The notes under the pieces: generated by a model
Told to the model about the DNA's origin: nothing
The model's database searches: none
The model's input: the letters and a program-made list of their open reading frames with translations, nothing else
Translations under genes and position numbers: made by a program
Assembly: GCA_044225365.1 (NCBI GenBank)
Contig: JBGAIQ010000009.1
Span: 96,462 to 160,461, forward strand
Length of the DNA: 64,000 bases
Origin: Planctomycetota bacterium
GTDB taxonomy: Bacteria > Planctomycetota > B15-G4 > JADJEK01
Direction: 5' to 3'
In this document: positions 52,768-62,808 of the stretch, piece after piece
How the letters are laid out: each line of letters opens with the position of its first letter
Numbering within the stretch: position 1 is the stretch's first letter

Positions 52768-54633
52768 TCAGAACGGCAGCGTGAGCTCGAGCATCAGCGC
52801 CGTTCGATTCTCCGGCGCCAATCCGCGCGCGCCGCCCAGGGCGTTCGCCGCGTTCGACCGTGTCGCACCCTCGCCGCTGCGCACCATCTTCTCGAGCGCA
52901 CGGAGCGTATCCGGGTTGCCCGCGTTCTTCGCGAGGATGCCCCGCAGGGCGTACGCCGCGGCGACGTGCGCCTCGGGGGACGCCGCCGCATCGCGCAAGA
53001 GCGCGAGCGCCGGGGCTTCGCCGTCGGCATGCCCGAGCTTGGAGAGCGCCACCATGGCCGGAACGCGGACCACGTCGTCGCGCTCGATCGCGGCGATCAA
53101 TGCGCGGCCCGCGGGCGCCAACGCGCCGCCGTCCATCGCCGCGAGAGCGAGCGCCGCCCGCCGCGAGAATTGCTCGGCCTCCATGCGTTCATCGTTGAGC
53201 GCGGCCTTCTCGAAGGCGGCGTCGTAGGCAGGCTTCAGGATCGCCCCGGACTTGATCGGTGCGGGCACGATCGCCGCGACCTTGTCGCCGAACAGGCTCT
53301 GCATGCGATCGCGATCGGCTTCGTCGACGACGAGGATGACGGGCAACGTCGCGGTGCGGACGTCGCGCTTCAGACTCGCGATGATCTGGTCGGCCTTCAC
53401 GTCGGAGACCGTCGAGCGAATCACGACGGCGTCCTTGATCGGCGGCTCCTTCGCGCGGACGAGCCCCATCGCGCCGGTCTCGGCCGTGATGGCGACGACG
53501 CGAAGCGACTGCGTCGCCGCGACGATCGAGTTGCGCTCAGCGGCATCGGGATCGATCACGAGCACCTGGCGCGTCGCGCTCTCGGACACCGCGTCACCGA
53601 GCGTCGCGACGATCTGCGGCGTCGGCTGGCCGGCGAGAGACAGGGCCGCGAGATAGCGCAGTCGCTTGTCGCCGCTGTTCTGCGCGAGGTCACTCGCACC
53701 ATTCACGTTCTCGGCCTTCGGCGCTTCGACTGCGGGAACATCGATCTGCGCGCCACCGAGGCGGAGCAGATCCTCGAGACGCGGCAGCGCCTTGTCCCAG
53801 CCGGCCGGGCCGACGACATCGCCGCCGCCCCGAATCACCTTGTTCAGCGCTTCGTAGGCCTGCGTCAGCGTCGCCTGCGCGGCGAGATTGGCCGGATCGA
53901 GTCGGAGGGCCCACTCGGCGTACATCTTGGCGTTCGCGGCGTTCGCCAGATTCGGCGTCGCCTCGCGATCCATCACCCGATGACCATTCCAGAAGTAGAC
54001 GTGGACCTTGCCATCGGCGCCCGCCGGCTGAGCGCGGCCACCCGCAAGGCACTCGTTGGCGGCGGTGAGCAGAGCCCCCGCGGCGGAACCCCCGGCTCCG
54101 GGCGCCATCGCGGCGAGCGCCTTGCTGGCCTCGGAGCGGGCGATCGGGTCGGAGTCGTGCTGCGCGATCGCGCCGAGCGCGGCCGCGGCTTCGACCGCGT
54201 TGACCTGCCCGAGCGTGATCACGAGGTTGCGCCGCACCATCGCGTCCTTCGATTGCAGCCCAGCGATCATCGCCGCGACCGAGTCGCTGCCGAGTCGCTT
54301 GAGGGCCATCACCGCTTGAGCGCGGGCGTCGTTGTCGGCGTTCGAACCGATCCAGCGCAGGAGCGCAGCGACGCCGCGTCCTCCATACTGCTTGCCCAAG
54401 GTCTCGAGGGCCGCGCGACGCGCGTTCCATTGACCCGTCGCAGCGTCTTCCGCGAGTTTCGCGAGGTCGCCGTCGATCGGGGCATCCGTCCAGGAAATCG
54501 CCGCGACCGGCGCGGCGTCGCCGCCCTTCTTGTCCGCAGCATCCGCGGCAGCATCCTGCGCGAAGGCATTCGCCCCGGCGAGAAGTGCGACGGCGATCAG
54601 GGACGACAAAGCCTTGCGGGTGATCGGAACCAT
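52768..54633 (-). CDS. exported HEAT/PBS-lyase-repeat protein with an internal CheY-like pseudo-receiver segment
   Basis: Signal peptide MVPITRKALSSLIAVALLAGANAFAQD at 54633. Repeated HEAT-like units (ARAQAVMALKRLG, MVRRNLVITLGQV, VRVPAMVALSKLG, AAAYALRGI). Central VLVIDPDAAER...DAVVIRSTVSD...LPVILVVD resembles a receiver fold. Confidence 0.65.
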   Translation of the reverse strand: MVPITRKALSSLIAVALLAGANAFAQDAAADAADKKGGDAAPVAAISWTDAPIDGDLAKLAEDAATGQWNARRAALETLGKQYGGRGVAALLRWIGSNADNDARAQAVMALKRLGSDSVAAMIAGLQSKDAMVRRNLVITLGQVNAVEAAAALGAIAQHDSDPIARSEASKALAAMAPGAGGSAAGALLTAANECLAGGRAQPAGADGKVHVYFWNGHRVMDREATPNLANAANAKMYAEWALRLDPANLAAQATLTQAYEALNKVIRGGGDVVGPAGWDKALPRLEDLLRLGGAQIDVPAVEAPKAENVNGASDLAQNSGDKRLRYLAALSLAGQPTPQIVATLGDAVSESATRQVLVIDPDAAERNSIVAATQSLRVVAITAETGAMGLVRAKEPPIKDAVVIRSTVSDVKADQIIASLKRDVRTATLPVILVVDEADRDRMQSLFGDKVAAIVPAPIKSGAILKPAYDAAFEKAALNDERMEAEQFSRRAALALAAMDGGALAPAGRALIAAIERDDVVRVPAMVALSKLGHADGEAPALALLRDAAASPEAHVAAAYALRGILAKNAGNPDTLRALEKMVRSGEGATRSNAANALGGARGLAPENRTALMLELTLPF

Positions 54634-54930
54634 CCTGCGGACCTCCCAGACTGCGAAGTTCTGGACTGGCGTGGACCTCGCACGCGCGTTCGCAGCGAAC
54701 CCGGCACTTCCCGGATCCATCCGCCACGACTGCGCACGATGCGCGACATCGAATTCCGCACTCCAAATCACGATACGTGTTTCGGCGAATGCGGAAAGCG
54801 CGCGATTAGAGCGGTGACCTTGGAAACGATCAAGCGAAACCTCCTCGTGTCCGCCGTTTGGCGTGCGAGGCGACGCGCGCGTCGTCGTTTACCGTCCGGA
54901 TCGGCAGCGGCAACGAGGTGAACTCGGATT

Positions 54931-54990
54931 CTGGACCGCCGGGCTCTACCCGACATCGTATGGGAAATGCCGGGCAGAGCCCGGCGGTCC
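54931..54990. repeat. 60-bp near-perfect palindrome (20-bp arms GGACCGCCGGGCTCTACCCG, 1 mismatch, loop ~18-20 nt), REP/MITE-like element
   Basis: Arms are reverse complements (GGACCGCCGGGCTCTACCCG ... CGGGCAGAGCCCGGCGGTCC). Sits 25 bp downstream of the sodC stop. A homologous copy of the arm plus flanking CATC motif recurs at 60283. Confidence 0.5.
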
Positions 54991-55015
54991 AATTGCCCGG
55001 CGGCCCGACTTCCCC

Positions 55016-55573
55016 TCACTTCGCAGGATTCGCGATTCCGATCACGCCGGCCGCGATGCGTGCACCGGCGTTACCCGTCGGCTGCGTCTTGAAGTCGTCG
55101 GCGTCGGCGTGGACGATCATGCCGCGGCCGTAGATCGAGTTCGGGCCGGTGAGGCGAAGTTGCTTGTCGACGCGCGAGTACTTCGCCGTGCCATCGGCGC
55201 CCGCCTCGAGATTGCCGAGATCACCGGCGTGGCGCACGGCATCCTCGGGCGCGCCGTGATTCTGGGCGCCGGGATTGAAGTGGCCGCCGGTGCACTTGCC
55301 GTCGGCGCAATCGAGGTCGCCCCATTCGTGGACGTGGAACCCGTGCTTGCCGGGCTTCAGACCATGGATCTCGGCTTCGATGAGAACGCCAGCCTCGCCG
55401 GGTTGCTCGGTGAAGTGGATCGTTCCCGTGACTTCGCTCCCAGAGCGCGGCGACAACACGCAGATCGCGCGGGCAGCCGGCTTGCTGTCCTTCGTATCGG
55501 TTTGCGTCATCGCGATACCTGCAGCGAGGGCGAAACCGGCGACGAGACCGAAGAGCATCGACTTCGAATGCAT
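55016..55573 (-). CDS. sodC: Cu/Zn superoxide dismutase
   Basis: Signal peptide MHSKSMLFGLVAGFALAAG. Metal-ligand motifs GFHVHEWGD, GGHFNPG, HAGDLGN, GRGMIVHADADD. Start 55573 after trimming the track ORF. Confidence 0.9.
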   Translation of the reverse strand: MHSKSMLFGLVAGFALAAGIAMTQTDTKDSKPAARAICVLSPRSGSEVTGTIHFTEQPGEAGVLIEAEIHGLKPGKHGFHVHEWGDLDCADGKCTGGHFNPGAQNHGAPEDAVRHAGDLGNLEAGADGTAKYSRVDKQLRLTGPNSIYGRGMIVHADADDFKTQPTGNAGARIAAGVIGIANPAK

Positions 55574-55775
55574 GATCCTGATTCCTCTGTAGAGCGCGGC
55601 GAGCGCCGCGAATCGCGGAGCGTGCCCAAAAGTGTAGGAAGATCGCGGACGAATCGCGCTACAAGATGTCGCTCGGTCGCCCAATCGCTTCGATCGCGAA
55701 ACCGAGCCTCATCGCGGCGCGACGACTCGTCACGATAGCGCGGAAATCCAACCCTGACTCCACGGGAGATCCTCG

Positions 55776-57161
55776 ATGGCACCGGTCCTCCAGTTCCTCG
55801 GCGCCGCCGGTTGCGTGACGGGATCGAAGTACCTGCTGTACGCGAATGGTCAGGAGGTGCTCGTCGACGCCGGGCTCTTCCAGGGCGAGCGCGAGTTGCG
55901 CGAGCGCAACTGGGACCGCATGCCGCTCGATCCGAAGAAGATCGATGCGATCGTCCTCACCCATGGTCACATCGACCACGTGGGGTACCTGCCGCGCCTC
56001 GTGAAGTTCGGCTACCGGGGGCCCGTGATCTGCACCGAAGCGACGCGCGCGCTGCTCCAGATCCTGCTCCCCGACTCGGCGCGGATCCAGGAGGAAGAGG
56101 CCGAGTACGCCAACAAGAAAGGTTACTCGCGCCACAAGCCCGCACTGCCGCTGTACACCGAGGACGATGCGAACCGCGCGCTCGGCCTCGTTCGCACGAT
56201 GGACTATGGGAAGTCGTTCGAGGCAGCGCCTGGGATCACGGCGATCTTCCATCCCGCTGGACACATCGTCGGCTCAGCCTTCGTCGAGATGCGTGCAGAA
56301 GAGCGCACGATCCTCTTCTCCGGCGACATCGGCGGCTACGACTCCGAGTTCATGAAGCCACCCGCGCCGCTCCCCGCGGCGTTCGACTACTTGTTGGTCG
56401 AATCGACGTACGGCGGGCGCATCGAGGAGGAGCCGCCGATTGGCGATCAACTGGAGAAGCTCCTCGGTCCCGTCCTCCGCGCGGGCGGAGTCGTCGTGAT
56501 CCCTGCATTCGCCGTCGGCCGTACCACGATCGTGCTCTACCACCTGCGCAAACTGATGGAATGCGGCAAGCTTCCGAACGTGAAGGTCTTCGTCGACAGC
56601 CCGATGGCGACCGATGCCGTCGAGATCTACCAGAAGTTCTCGTCCGAGCTCAATCTGCGCCCCGAAGAGCTCCGCGACGACGACCGCTGCGCGATCCGCA
56701 CCCAGCAGGTGCGTCTCGTCCGCGATCGGGAGGGCTCGAAACTCATCAACAAGGAGCCCGGTCCCGCGATCATCGTCTCGGCGAACGGCATGGCGTCCGC
56801 CGGCCGCGTGCTCCATCATCTGCGGCATCGTCTTCCCGATCCGAAGAACCTCGTCCTCCTGGTCGGGTATCAGGCCGAAGGAACGCGTGGACGTCAGCTC
56901 GCGCAGGGCGCGAAGGAAGTGAAGTTGCTCGGCGACTACATTCCCGTTCGCGCGAAAGTCGCGTCGATCCGTGGGCTCTCCGCGCATGGCGACTGCGGCG
57001 AGATCGTGCGGTGGCTGAAGACGGCGCAGAGCCGTCCGCGGATGACGTTCCTCGTCCACGGCGAAACCGACGCCCTGAGAGCGATGGGCAAGAGCCTCGG
57101 GGACGAACTCGGCTGGGCGAGCCACGCCCCGCAATATCTAGAGAAGGTTCCCCTGGATTGA
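55776..57161 (+). CDS. MBL-fold metallo-hydrolase of the beta-CASP RNA-metabolising family (RNase J/CPSF-like)
   Basis: HGHIDHVGYLP (HxHxDH). beta-CASP motifs (ESTYGG, VHGE...). 461 aa. Confidence 0.9.
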   Translation: MAPVLQFLGAAGCVTGSKYLLYANGQEVLVDAGLFQGERELRERNWDRMPLDPKKIDAIVLTHGHIDHVGYLPRLVKFGYRGPVICTEATRALLQILLPDSARIQEEEAEYANKKGYSRHKPALPLYTEDDANRALGLVRTMDYGKSFEAAPGITAIFHPAGHIVGSAFVEMRAEERTILFSGDIGGYDSEFMKPPAPLPAAFDYLLVESTYGGRIEEEPPIGDQLEKLLGPVLRAGGVVVIPAFAVGRTTIVLYHLRKLMECGKLPNVKVFVDSPMATDAVEIYQKFSSELNLRPEELRDDDRCAIRTQQVRLVRDREGSKLINKEPGPAIIVSANGMASAGRVLHHLRHRLPDPKNLVLLVGYQAEGTRGRQLAQGAKEVKLLGDYIPVRAKVASIRGLSAHGDCGEIVRWLKTAQSRPRMTFLVHGETDALRAMGKSLGDELGWASHAPQYLEKVPLD

Positions 57162-57180
57162 TCGCGCGCGTCGAAAACGA

Positions 57181-57217
57181 AACCGGCCGGTCCGCGCTTC
57201 TTGCGAACCGGCCGGTT
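57181..57217. terminator. inverted repeat between convergent genes (possible bidirectional terminator)
   Basis: AACCGGCCGG (57181-57190) and CCGGCCGGTT (57208-57217) are perfect reverse complements separated by 17 nt. Located in the 82-bp gap between the MBL RNase gene and the convergent dehydrogenase gene. Confidence 0.4.
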
Positions 57218-57243
57218 CCTCGTCTCACGTCACAGCTCTTCGA

Positions 57244-58809
57244 TCAGGGCTGCAGATCGACGCGGATGCCGTTGGACAATCCGACTCCGCCGGACGCGCC
57301 GGGATCGTCGATCGCCCACTGGCTGTAGAACGACACCGGGCCGCCGCCGCCCGCGACGGCGGGGATGTTGATCTCACCGTTCGCGTCGGTGAAGAGCGGA
57401 ACCGTGAGCACGATCGGGAAGCCGACCGTCAGCGTGCCGCCGAAGAACGGCGTCGCGCCCTGAGTGAACGAGAGGAAGAGCAGCGTCGGACGGCTCGGGG
57501 GACCATAGAGGAGCTGGTAGTCCGCCGTCTGACCCGTGCCCATCTGACCGCATGCGAACCAGTACGGCGTGCGACCGTTGCCGCCCACCTTGCCGCCGCC
57601 GAGATCCGCCATCGCCGTGACGGTCGGAACGATCTTGTAGAGTTCGCCACCCGTCTGATCGACGATCAGGATCTCGCCGCAGGCGTCGCGCCCGAAGCTC
57701 ACCGGATTGTTGATCGCGAGTGCGCCAGCGGGATCGAGTTCCGCCGTGCGATCGGTGAGGTTGCTCACCGCGCCGCCGACGATCTTGAATGACTGGATCT
57801 TGCCCGTGCAGTAGTCCGCGAAGAAGTACGTTCCGGCGAGATCCGGGATCGCGCAGCCGCGGTACACGACGCCGCCCGTGATCGAGCACGCGCCGCCGGT
57901 GTGCGAGTAGGTCAGGACAGGATACGTGAAGCTGGGGTCATTGCACAGGGGCGCCGACTGACAGGCCGCGAGGCCCGTGCAGTTGTTGCCTTCCATCACG
58001 CGCCAGCCGAAGTTGCGACCGCCCGTCGTACCCGACGCGACCCAGTCGACTTCCTCGATCAGGTTCTGGCCGACGTCCGCGATGAAGAGATCACCCGTCG
58101 CCGGATCGAAGTCCCAGCGCCACGGATTGCGCAGGCCGTAGTTGTAGATCAGCGGGTTGAAGGCCGTGTTGCCGACGAACGGATTCGTCGCTGGCGCCGA
58201 GGCTGGAACCGTGCTGACGTCGAGTCGCAGCATCTTGCCGAGCAGCGACATCTTGTTCTGCGCATTGCACGGCGGATCGTTGCCCGAACCGCCGTCGCCC
58301 TGACCCGAGTACAGGTAGCCATCGGGTCCGAACTGGAGGAGGCCACCGTTGTGGTTGGTGTTCGTCGGGTGCGGGATCGTCAGCATCGTCGTCGCGGAAC
58401 TGGCGTCCGCGACGTCGTTGACCATCGGATCGCCATTCACGTGATACCGGCGGATGTTGATCGTTCCGCCGGTGGCCGTGAAGTAGACGTAGAAGAGACC
58501 ACTCACTTCGTAGTTCGGGTCGAACGCCATCGAGAGCAGACCCTGCTCATTGCCACCTGCCATGCCCGACACGGTGACGAACGGCGCCGCGAGGAGCACG
58601 CCATCCTTAAGGATCTCGATGCGGCCCGTGTGCTGTTCGATCACGAAGATGCGATGCTTGTCACCTGGGGGCGAGCCCGCCCACACCGGCGCGGTGAATC
58701 CGCCTTGCAGCAGCACCGTCTTGAGAGGGGTCTGGGAGTGAAGGGTCGTGGCCATGAGCGCGCTGAGCGCGATGGCCGCGGTCAACGGACCGCGTTTCTG
58801 AGACAGCAT
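57244..58809 (-). CDS. exported PQQ-dependent soluble sugar (glucose/sorbosone) dehydrogenase-family beta-propeller protein
   Basis: Signal peptide MLSQKRGPLTAAIALSALMATTL. GSDH-family motifs (HNGGLLQFGPDGYLY, GDGGSG, NYGLRNPWRWDFD, NFGWRVMEG). Confidence 0.85.
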   Translation of the reverse strand: MLSQKRGPLTAAIALSALMATTLHSQTPLKTVLLQGGFTAPVWAGSPPGDKHRIFVIEQHTGRIEILKDGVLLAAPFVTVSGMAGGNEQGLLSMAFDPNYEVSGLFYVYFTATGGTINIRRYHVNGDPMVNDVADASSATTMLTIPHPTNTNHNGGLLQFGPDGYLYSGQGDGGSGNDPPCNAQNKMSLLGKMLRLDVSTVPASAPATNPFVGNTAFNPLIYNYGLRNPWRWDFDPATGDLFIADVGQNLIEEVDWVASGTTGGRNFGWRVMEGNNCTGLAACQSAPLCNDPSFTYPVLTYSHTGGACSITGGVVYRGCAIPDLAGTYFFADYCTGKIQSFKIVGGAVSNLTDRTAELDPAGALAINNPVSFGRDACGEILIVDQTGGELYKIVPTVTAMADLGGGKVGGNGRTPYWFACGQMGTGQTADYQLLYGPPSRPTLLFLSFTQGATPFFGGTLTVGFPIVLTVPLFTDANGEINIPAVAGGGGPVSFYSQWAIDDPGASGGVGLSNGIRVDLQP

Positions 58810-58981
58810 TCTTCTGTGCTCCTGGGATTCTGGTGGGGCTTCCGGGAATCGAGTTTCGTGGCTTGGCGTGAACCGTGAACGACTCGGGGCAGGTTCGCGC
58901 TGGAGAGAGGCTTGACTCGACCGGAGAGTCTACGTCGCCGCAGCTCTTCGGTCAACGTGACGTGGTACGCGCGCAGCTCGC

Positions 58982-60271
58982 GTGGGAAACGCAAGAATTC
59001 CGCATGACGGCGCGGCTCCAACCGCCGATGGCCAACCGCCGATCGCTCCTTATGATGCTCTCCCCCTAACGGAGCCCCGCGTGGACGATCTGCTGCGCTA
59101 TCGCGCCGAATTCCCCATCCTCGAGAAGTGCACCCATTTGATCTCGCATTCGCTCGGCGCGATGCCACGCGGCGTGTTCGATCGCATGCGCGACTACGCC
59201 GAGCTGTGGAACACCCGCGGGATCCGCGCCTGGGAAGAAGGCTGGTGGGACATGCCGCTCGCGGTCGGCGACCTGCTCGCGCCGATCCTCGGCCTCGGAT
59301 CCGACAAGGGTTCGATCGTGATGCATCAGAACGTCTCGGTCGCGATGTCCCTCATCCTCTCGTGCTTCGACATCGGCAAGCCACGGAACAAGATCGTCTA
59401 CTCCGACATGAATTTCCCGTCCGTGATGTACGTGAACGAAGCGCACAAGCGCCTCGGCGCGGAGATCCAGATGGTGAAGTCGGACGACGGCATCGGCGTC
59501 GACCTCGAGAAGCTGCTCGCCGCGATCGACGAACGCACATTGCTCGTGCCGATCTCCCACGTGCTGTTCCGTTCGGCGTTCATCCAGGACGCCGCAGCGA
59601 TCACGAAGCGCGCCCACGAAGTCGGCGCGATGGTCGTGCTCGACTGTTATCAATCGGCCGGCTGCGTCCCGATCGAGCTGAAGAAATGGAACGTCGACTT
59701 CGCCGTCGGCGGCAGCGTGAAGTGGCTCTGCGGCGGGCCGGGCGCGGGCTACCTCTACGTCCGCGAGGATCTGCGCGCGAAGCTCGAGCCGAAGATGACG
59801 GGCTGGGCCGCGCACGAGTCGCCGTTCGCGTTCGAGATCGGGCCGATCCACTACGCCTCGAGCATGCGCAGGTTCCTCCATGGCTCCCCCGCCATCCCGG
59901 CGCTCTACGCCGCGAAGACCGGCTACGAGATCGTCGGCAAGATCGGGATCGAGAAGATCCGTGCCAACTCGATGCGCCAGACCGCGCGCATGATCGCCAA
60001 GGCCGAAGACCTCGGGTTCACGGTGAAGTCCCCGAAGGATCCCGCACGCCGCGGCGGCGCGATCGTCGTCGACGTCCCGCACGGCAAGGCCGTCTGCCGC
60101 GAACTGAATCGCCGCGAGATCCTTTGTGACTACCGTCCGGGCGCTGGGATCCGCATGTCCGCGCACTTCTACAACACCGACGAAGAGATCGACCGCGCGA
60201 TCGCGGAGTGCCGCGCCATCCTCGAGTCGAAGGCTTACGAGAAGTTCCTGGACGCGAAAACCACCTATTGA
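58982..60271 (+). CDS. kynU: kynureninase
   Basis: PLP-fold class V motifs CTHLISHSLGAMP and VDFAVGGSVKWLCGGPGAGYLYV. C-terminal HFYNTDEEIDRA. The start could alternatively be the in-frame GTG near 59081. Confidence 0.9.
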   Translation: MGNARIPHDGAAPTADGQPPIAPYDALPLTEPRVDDLLRYRAEFPILEKCTHLISHSLGAMPRGVFDRMRDYAELWNTRGIRAWEEGWWDMPLAVGDLLAPILGLGSDKGSIVMHQNVSVAMSLILSCFDIGKPRNKIVYSDMNFPSVMYVNEAHKRLGAEIQMVKSDDGIGVDLEKLLAAIDERTLLVPISHVLFRSAFIQDAAAITKRAHEVGAMVVLDCYQSAGCVPIELKKWNVDFAVGGSVKWLCGGPGAGYLYVREDLRAKLEPKMTGWAAHESPFAFEIGPIHYASSMRRFLHGSPAIPALYAAKTGYEIVGKIGIEKIRANSMRQTARMIAKAEDLGFTVKSPKDPARRGGAIVVDVPHGKAVCRELNRREILCDYRPGAGIRMSAHFYNTDEEIDRAIAECRAILESKAYEKFLDAKTTY

Positions 60272-60282
60272 CCGCTCTGTCG

Positions 60283-60340
60283 GACCGCCGGGCTCTGCCC
60301 GGCATCTCGTGAAGGAACGGCGGGCGGATGCCGGCGTTTC
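60283..60340. repeat. second, degenerate copy of the GGACCGCCGGGCTCTGCCCGGCATC palindromic repeat family
   Basis: Sequence TCGGACCGCCGGGCTCTGCCCGGCATCTCGTG matches arm 1 and flank of the 54931 element. A weaker partner arm (GATGCCGGCG) lies ~25 nt downstream. It lies just after the kynureninase stop. Confidence 0.35.
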
Positions 60341-60402
60341 GATCGAGGCAGATCTTCCGTCACCACCTCGCGCGAAACGCGTCTCGACCATGGAGAGAAC
60401 CA

Positions 60403-61309
60403 TGGCGAGCGACGCGACGACCGACCACGATTTCGACGGCTTCTGGAAGGAACTCCTCGATGAGTTCCTGCCGGAGTTCCTCGCGTTCTTCGTGCCGGAT
60501 CTGCTTGGCGTGATCGACCTCTCACAGCCGATCGTCTCGCTCGAGAAGGAACTCCATGAACTGTTCCCCGAGGACCGCTCGGGCCGTGGGTTCGTCGACA
60601 AGCTGTTCAAGGTTGGATTACGCGATGGCGGGTCCGCCCGACTCCTCCTGCACATCGATGCACAAGGCGATCCCGAGGCGAGTTTCCCCGAGCGCATGTT
60701 TCGCTATCGCTATCGCCTGATCGACAAGTACCACCTGCCGATCTACTCCATCGCCGTCCTCGCCGATCGTGATCCGAACTGTTCCGGTTTCGGACGATCA
60801 AGCTGCTCGACTTCGCGGACCGCGTCGCCGAGCTCGAACGCAGCGAGAATCCCGTCGCGCTCTTGGCTCTCGCTCACCTGCGAACGCAGGCGACCCGCCC
60901 CGACCGTCGGCGGTTAGAATGGAAGAAGACGCTCCTTCGACTCGTGGTCGAGCGCGGCTTCCCGCGCCAGCGCATGATCCGAATGCTGCGGCTCGTCGAC
61001 TGGCTGATGACCCTGCCGCCCGACTTGAAACTGGAGTTCCGAAACGCCGTGAAAGAGATCGCCGAGGAGAAGACGATGCCGATCCTGATGGACATTGAGA
61101 TCGAGGCCATGGCCAGGGGTGCTCTGGGCGCGAAGCGGCACGACATCCGGCAGGTCCTTCGTGCACGGTTCGGCGAGTTGCCGCAGCGGATCGATCTCGC
61201 GCTCGAGGCGTGTGTCGAAGTCTCCGTGCTCGATCGCCTCGTCGTCGCCGCGGCCCTCGCGAAGGATCTCGCGGACTTCGAGCGCCAACTCGCGATCAGT
61301 TCGATGTGA
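60403..61309 (+). pseudogene. Rpn/YhgA-like (PDDEXK_7, transposase_31-type) recombination-promoting nuclease gene, copy 1, frameshifted by a 46-bp internal deletion
   Basis: N-terminal half MASDATTDHDFDGFWKELLDEFLPEFLAFFVPDLL...LLLHIDAQGDPEASFPERMFRYRYRLIDKYHLPIYSIAVLADRDPN is typical of this family. The reading frame breaks at ~60786: relative to copy 2 the 46 nt GCGTCCCGATCGTTTCGAGCTGCGCTTCCACGACGATCTCGTTCTC are missing. The intact C-terminal half continues in another frame (60863..61309, ...TLPPDLKLEFRNAVKEIAEEKTMPILMDIEIEAMARG...). Confidence 0.7.
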
Positions 61310-61665
61310 GGCTTCGCCCGAAATTGCAATCAGGGTGACCTGGATGAGAGTCCACGATTGCCCCCGTTGGGAATACGGGCTTGAAGATTGCGCCGATCAC
61401 CCGCGATCCGCGATCCATGAGGCGGCTTCGTGATGGGACACGGGCGGCCGGCGCGCACGCTCGCGGAAACGTCGCCTCCCGAATTCTCGATCCACCTCCA
61501 CGATCGACGCCACACGCCTGCAATTGCGGCAATCGACCGTAGGTGCACGATCATCGGTGATCGGCGCGGTGTGCGGCTTGCACCCTCCGACACGCGCCCT
61601 TTCATTTCTCGATGCCTCTCCTTCACCGCTGCGCCTTTTCTGCGTCACGTCCCTGGAGAAAACCA

Positions 61666-62640
61666 TGGCGAGCGACGCGACGACCGACCACGACTTCGAC
61701 GGCTTCTGGAAGGAACTGCTCGATGAGTTCCTGCCGGAGTTCCTCGCGTTCTTCGTGCCGGATCTGCTCGAACTCATCGATCTCTCGCAGCCAATCGAGT
61801 CGCTCGACAAAGAGCTTCATGAGTTGTTCCCCGAGGACCGCTCGGGCCGTGGGTTCGTGGACAAGCTCTTCAAGGTTGGACTACGCGATGGAGGGTCCGC
61901 ACGACTCCTTCTGCACATCGACGCGCAAGGCGATCCCGAGGCGAGTTTTCCCGAGCGCATGTTTCGCTATCGCTATCGCCTGATCGACAAGTACCACCTG
62001 CCGATCTACTCCATCGCCGTCCTCGCCGATCGCGATCCGAACTGGCGTCCCGATCGTTTCGAGCTGCGCTTCCACGACGATCTCGTTCTCTTCCGGTTTC
62101 GGACGATCAAGCTGCTCGACTTCGCGGACCGCGTCGCCGAGCTCGAACGCAGCGAGAATCCCGTCGCGCTCTTGGCTCTCGCTCACCTGCGAACGCAGGC
62201 GACCCGCCCCGACCGTCGGCGGTTAGAATGGAAGACGGCCTGTTCGTCTCGCAGGGTCGAGCGCGGCTTCCCGCGGCAACGCACGATCCGAATGCTGCGG
62301 CCTGCCGACTGGCTGATGACCCGCCGCCTGACCTGAAACTGGAGTTCCGAAACGCCGGGAAGAGCTCGCTGAGGAGAAGACGATGCCGACCCCGCGACAC
62401 GAGATCGAGGCCATGCCGCAAGGGCGAGGCCAAGGGCAATTGCTTGGCGAGGCCAGGGGTGCTTTGGGCGCGAAGCGGCACGACGATCCGGCAGGTCCTT
62501 CAGGCACGGTTCGGTGAGCGCCGTAGTGATCGATCTCGGTACCGGACTCGTGTGTCGAATCTCGGTGCTCGATCGCCTCGTCGTCGCCGCAGCCCTCGCG
62601 AAGGATCTCGCGGACTTCTGGAGCGCCAACTGTTGATCAC
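61666..62640 (+). pseudogene. Rpn/YhgA-like recombination-promoting nuclease gene, copy 2 (tandem duplicate), 3' half degraded by multiple indels
   Basis: First ~230 codons near-identical to copy 1 and retaining the segment deleted there (NWRPDRFELRFHDDLVLFRFRTIKLLDFADRVAELERSENPVALLALAHL). After RRLEWK the frame collapses: several indels relative to copy 1, premature stop at 62336, and remaining homology scattered over other frames to ~62640. Confidence 0.7.
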
Positions 62641-62808
62641 CTCGATGTGAGGCTTCGCCCATTACGATGTGGCGAGCGCGCGCGCTCTTTGCTTCCAGCT
62701 TCCTGTTTCTACTTTCCATCACCCACGCTTCGATAGACTTCCGCGTCTTCATCGACGGGGTCGAACCGATGCCGGACTCGAATCGCGCAGAGACATTGTT
62801 CCTCGGTT

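Larger units (their letters stand above)
60403..62650 (+). repeat. tandem direct duplication (~1.26 kb unit) of the Rpn-like gene
   Basis: Copy starts (ATGGCGAGCGACGCGACGACCGACCAC) at 60403 and 61666. Both copies end with TGTGAGGCTTCGCCC. The ~355-bp spacer between them is unique sequence. Confidence 0.7.
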
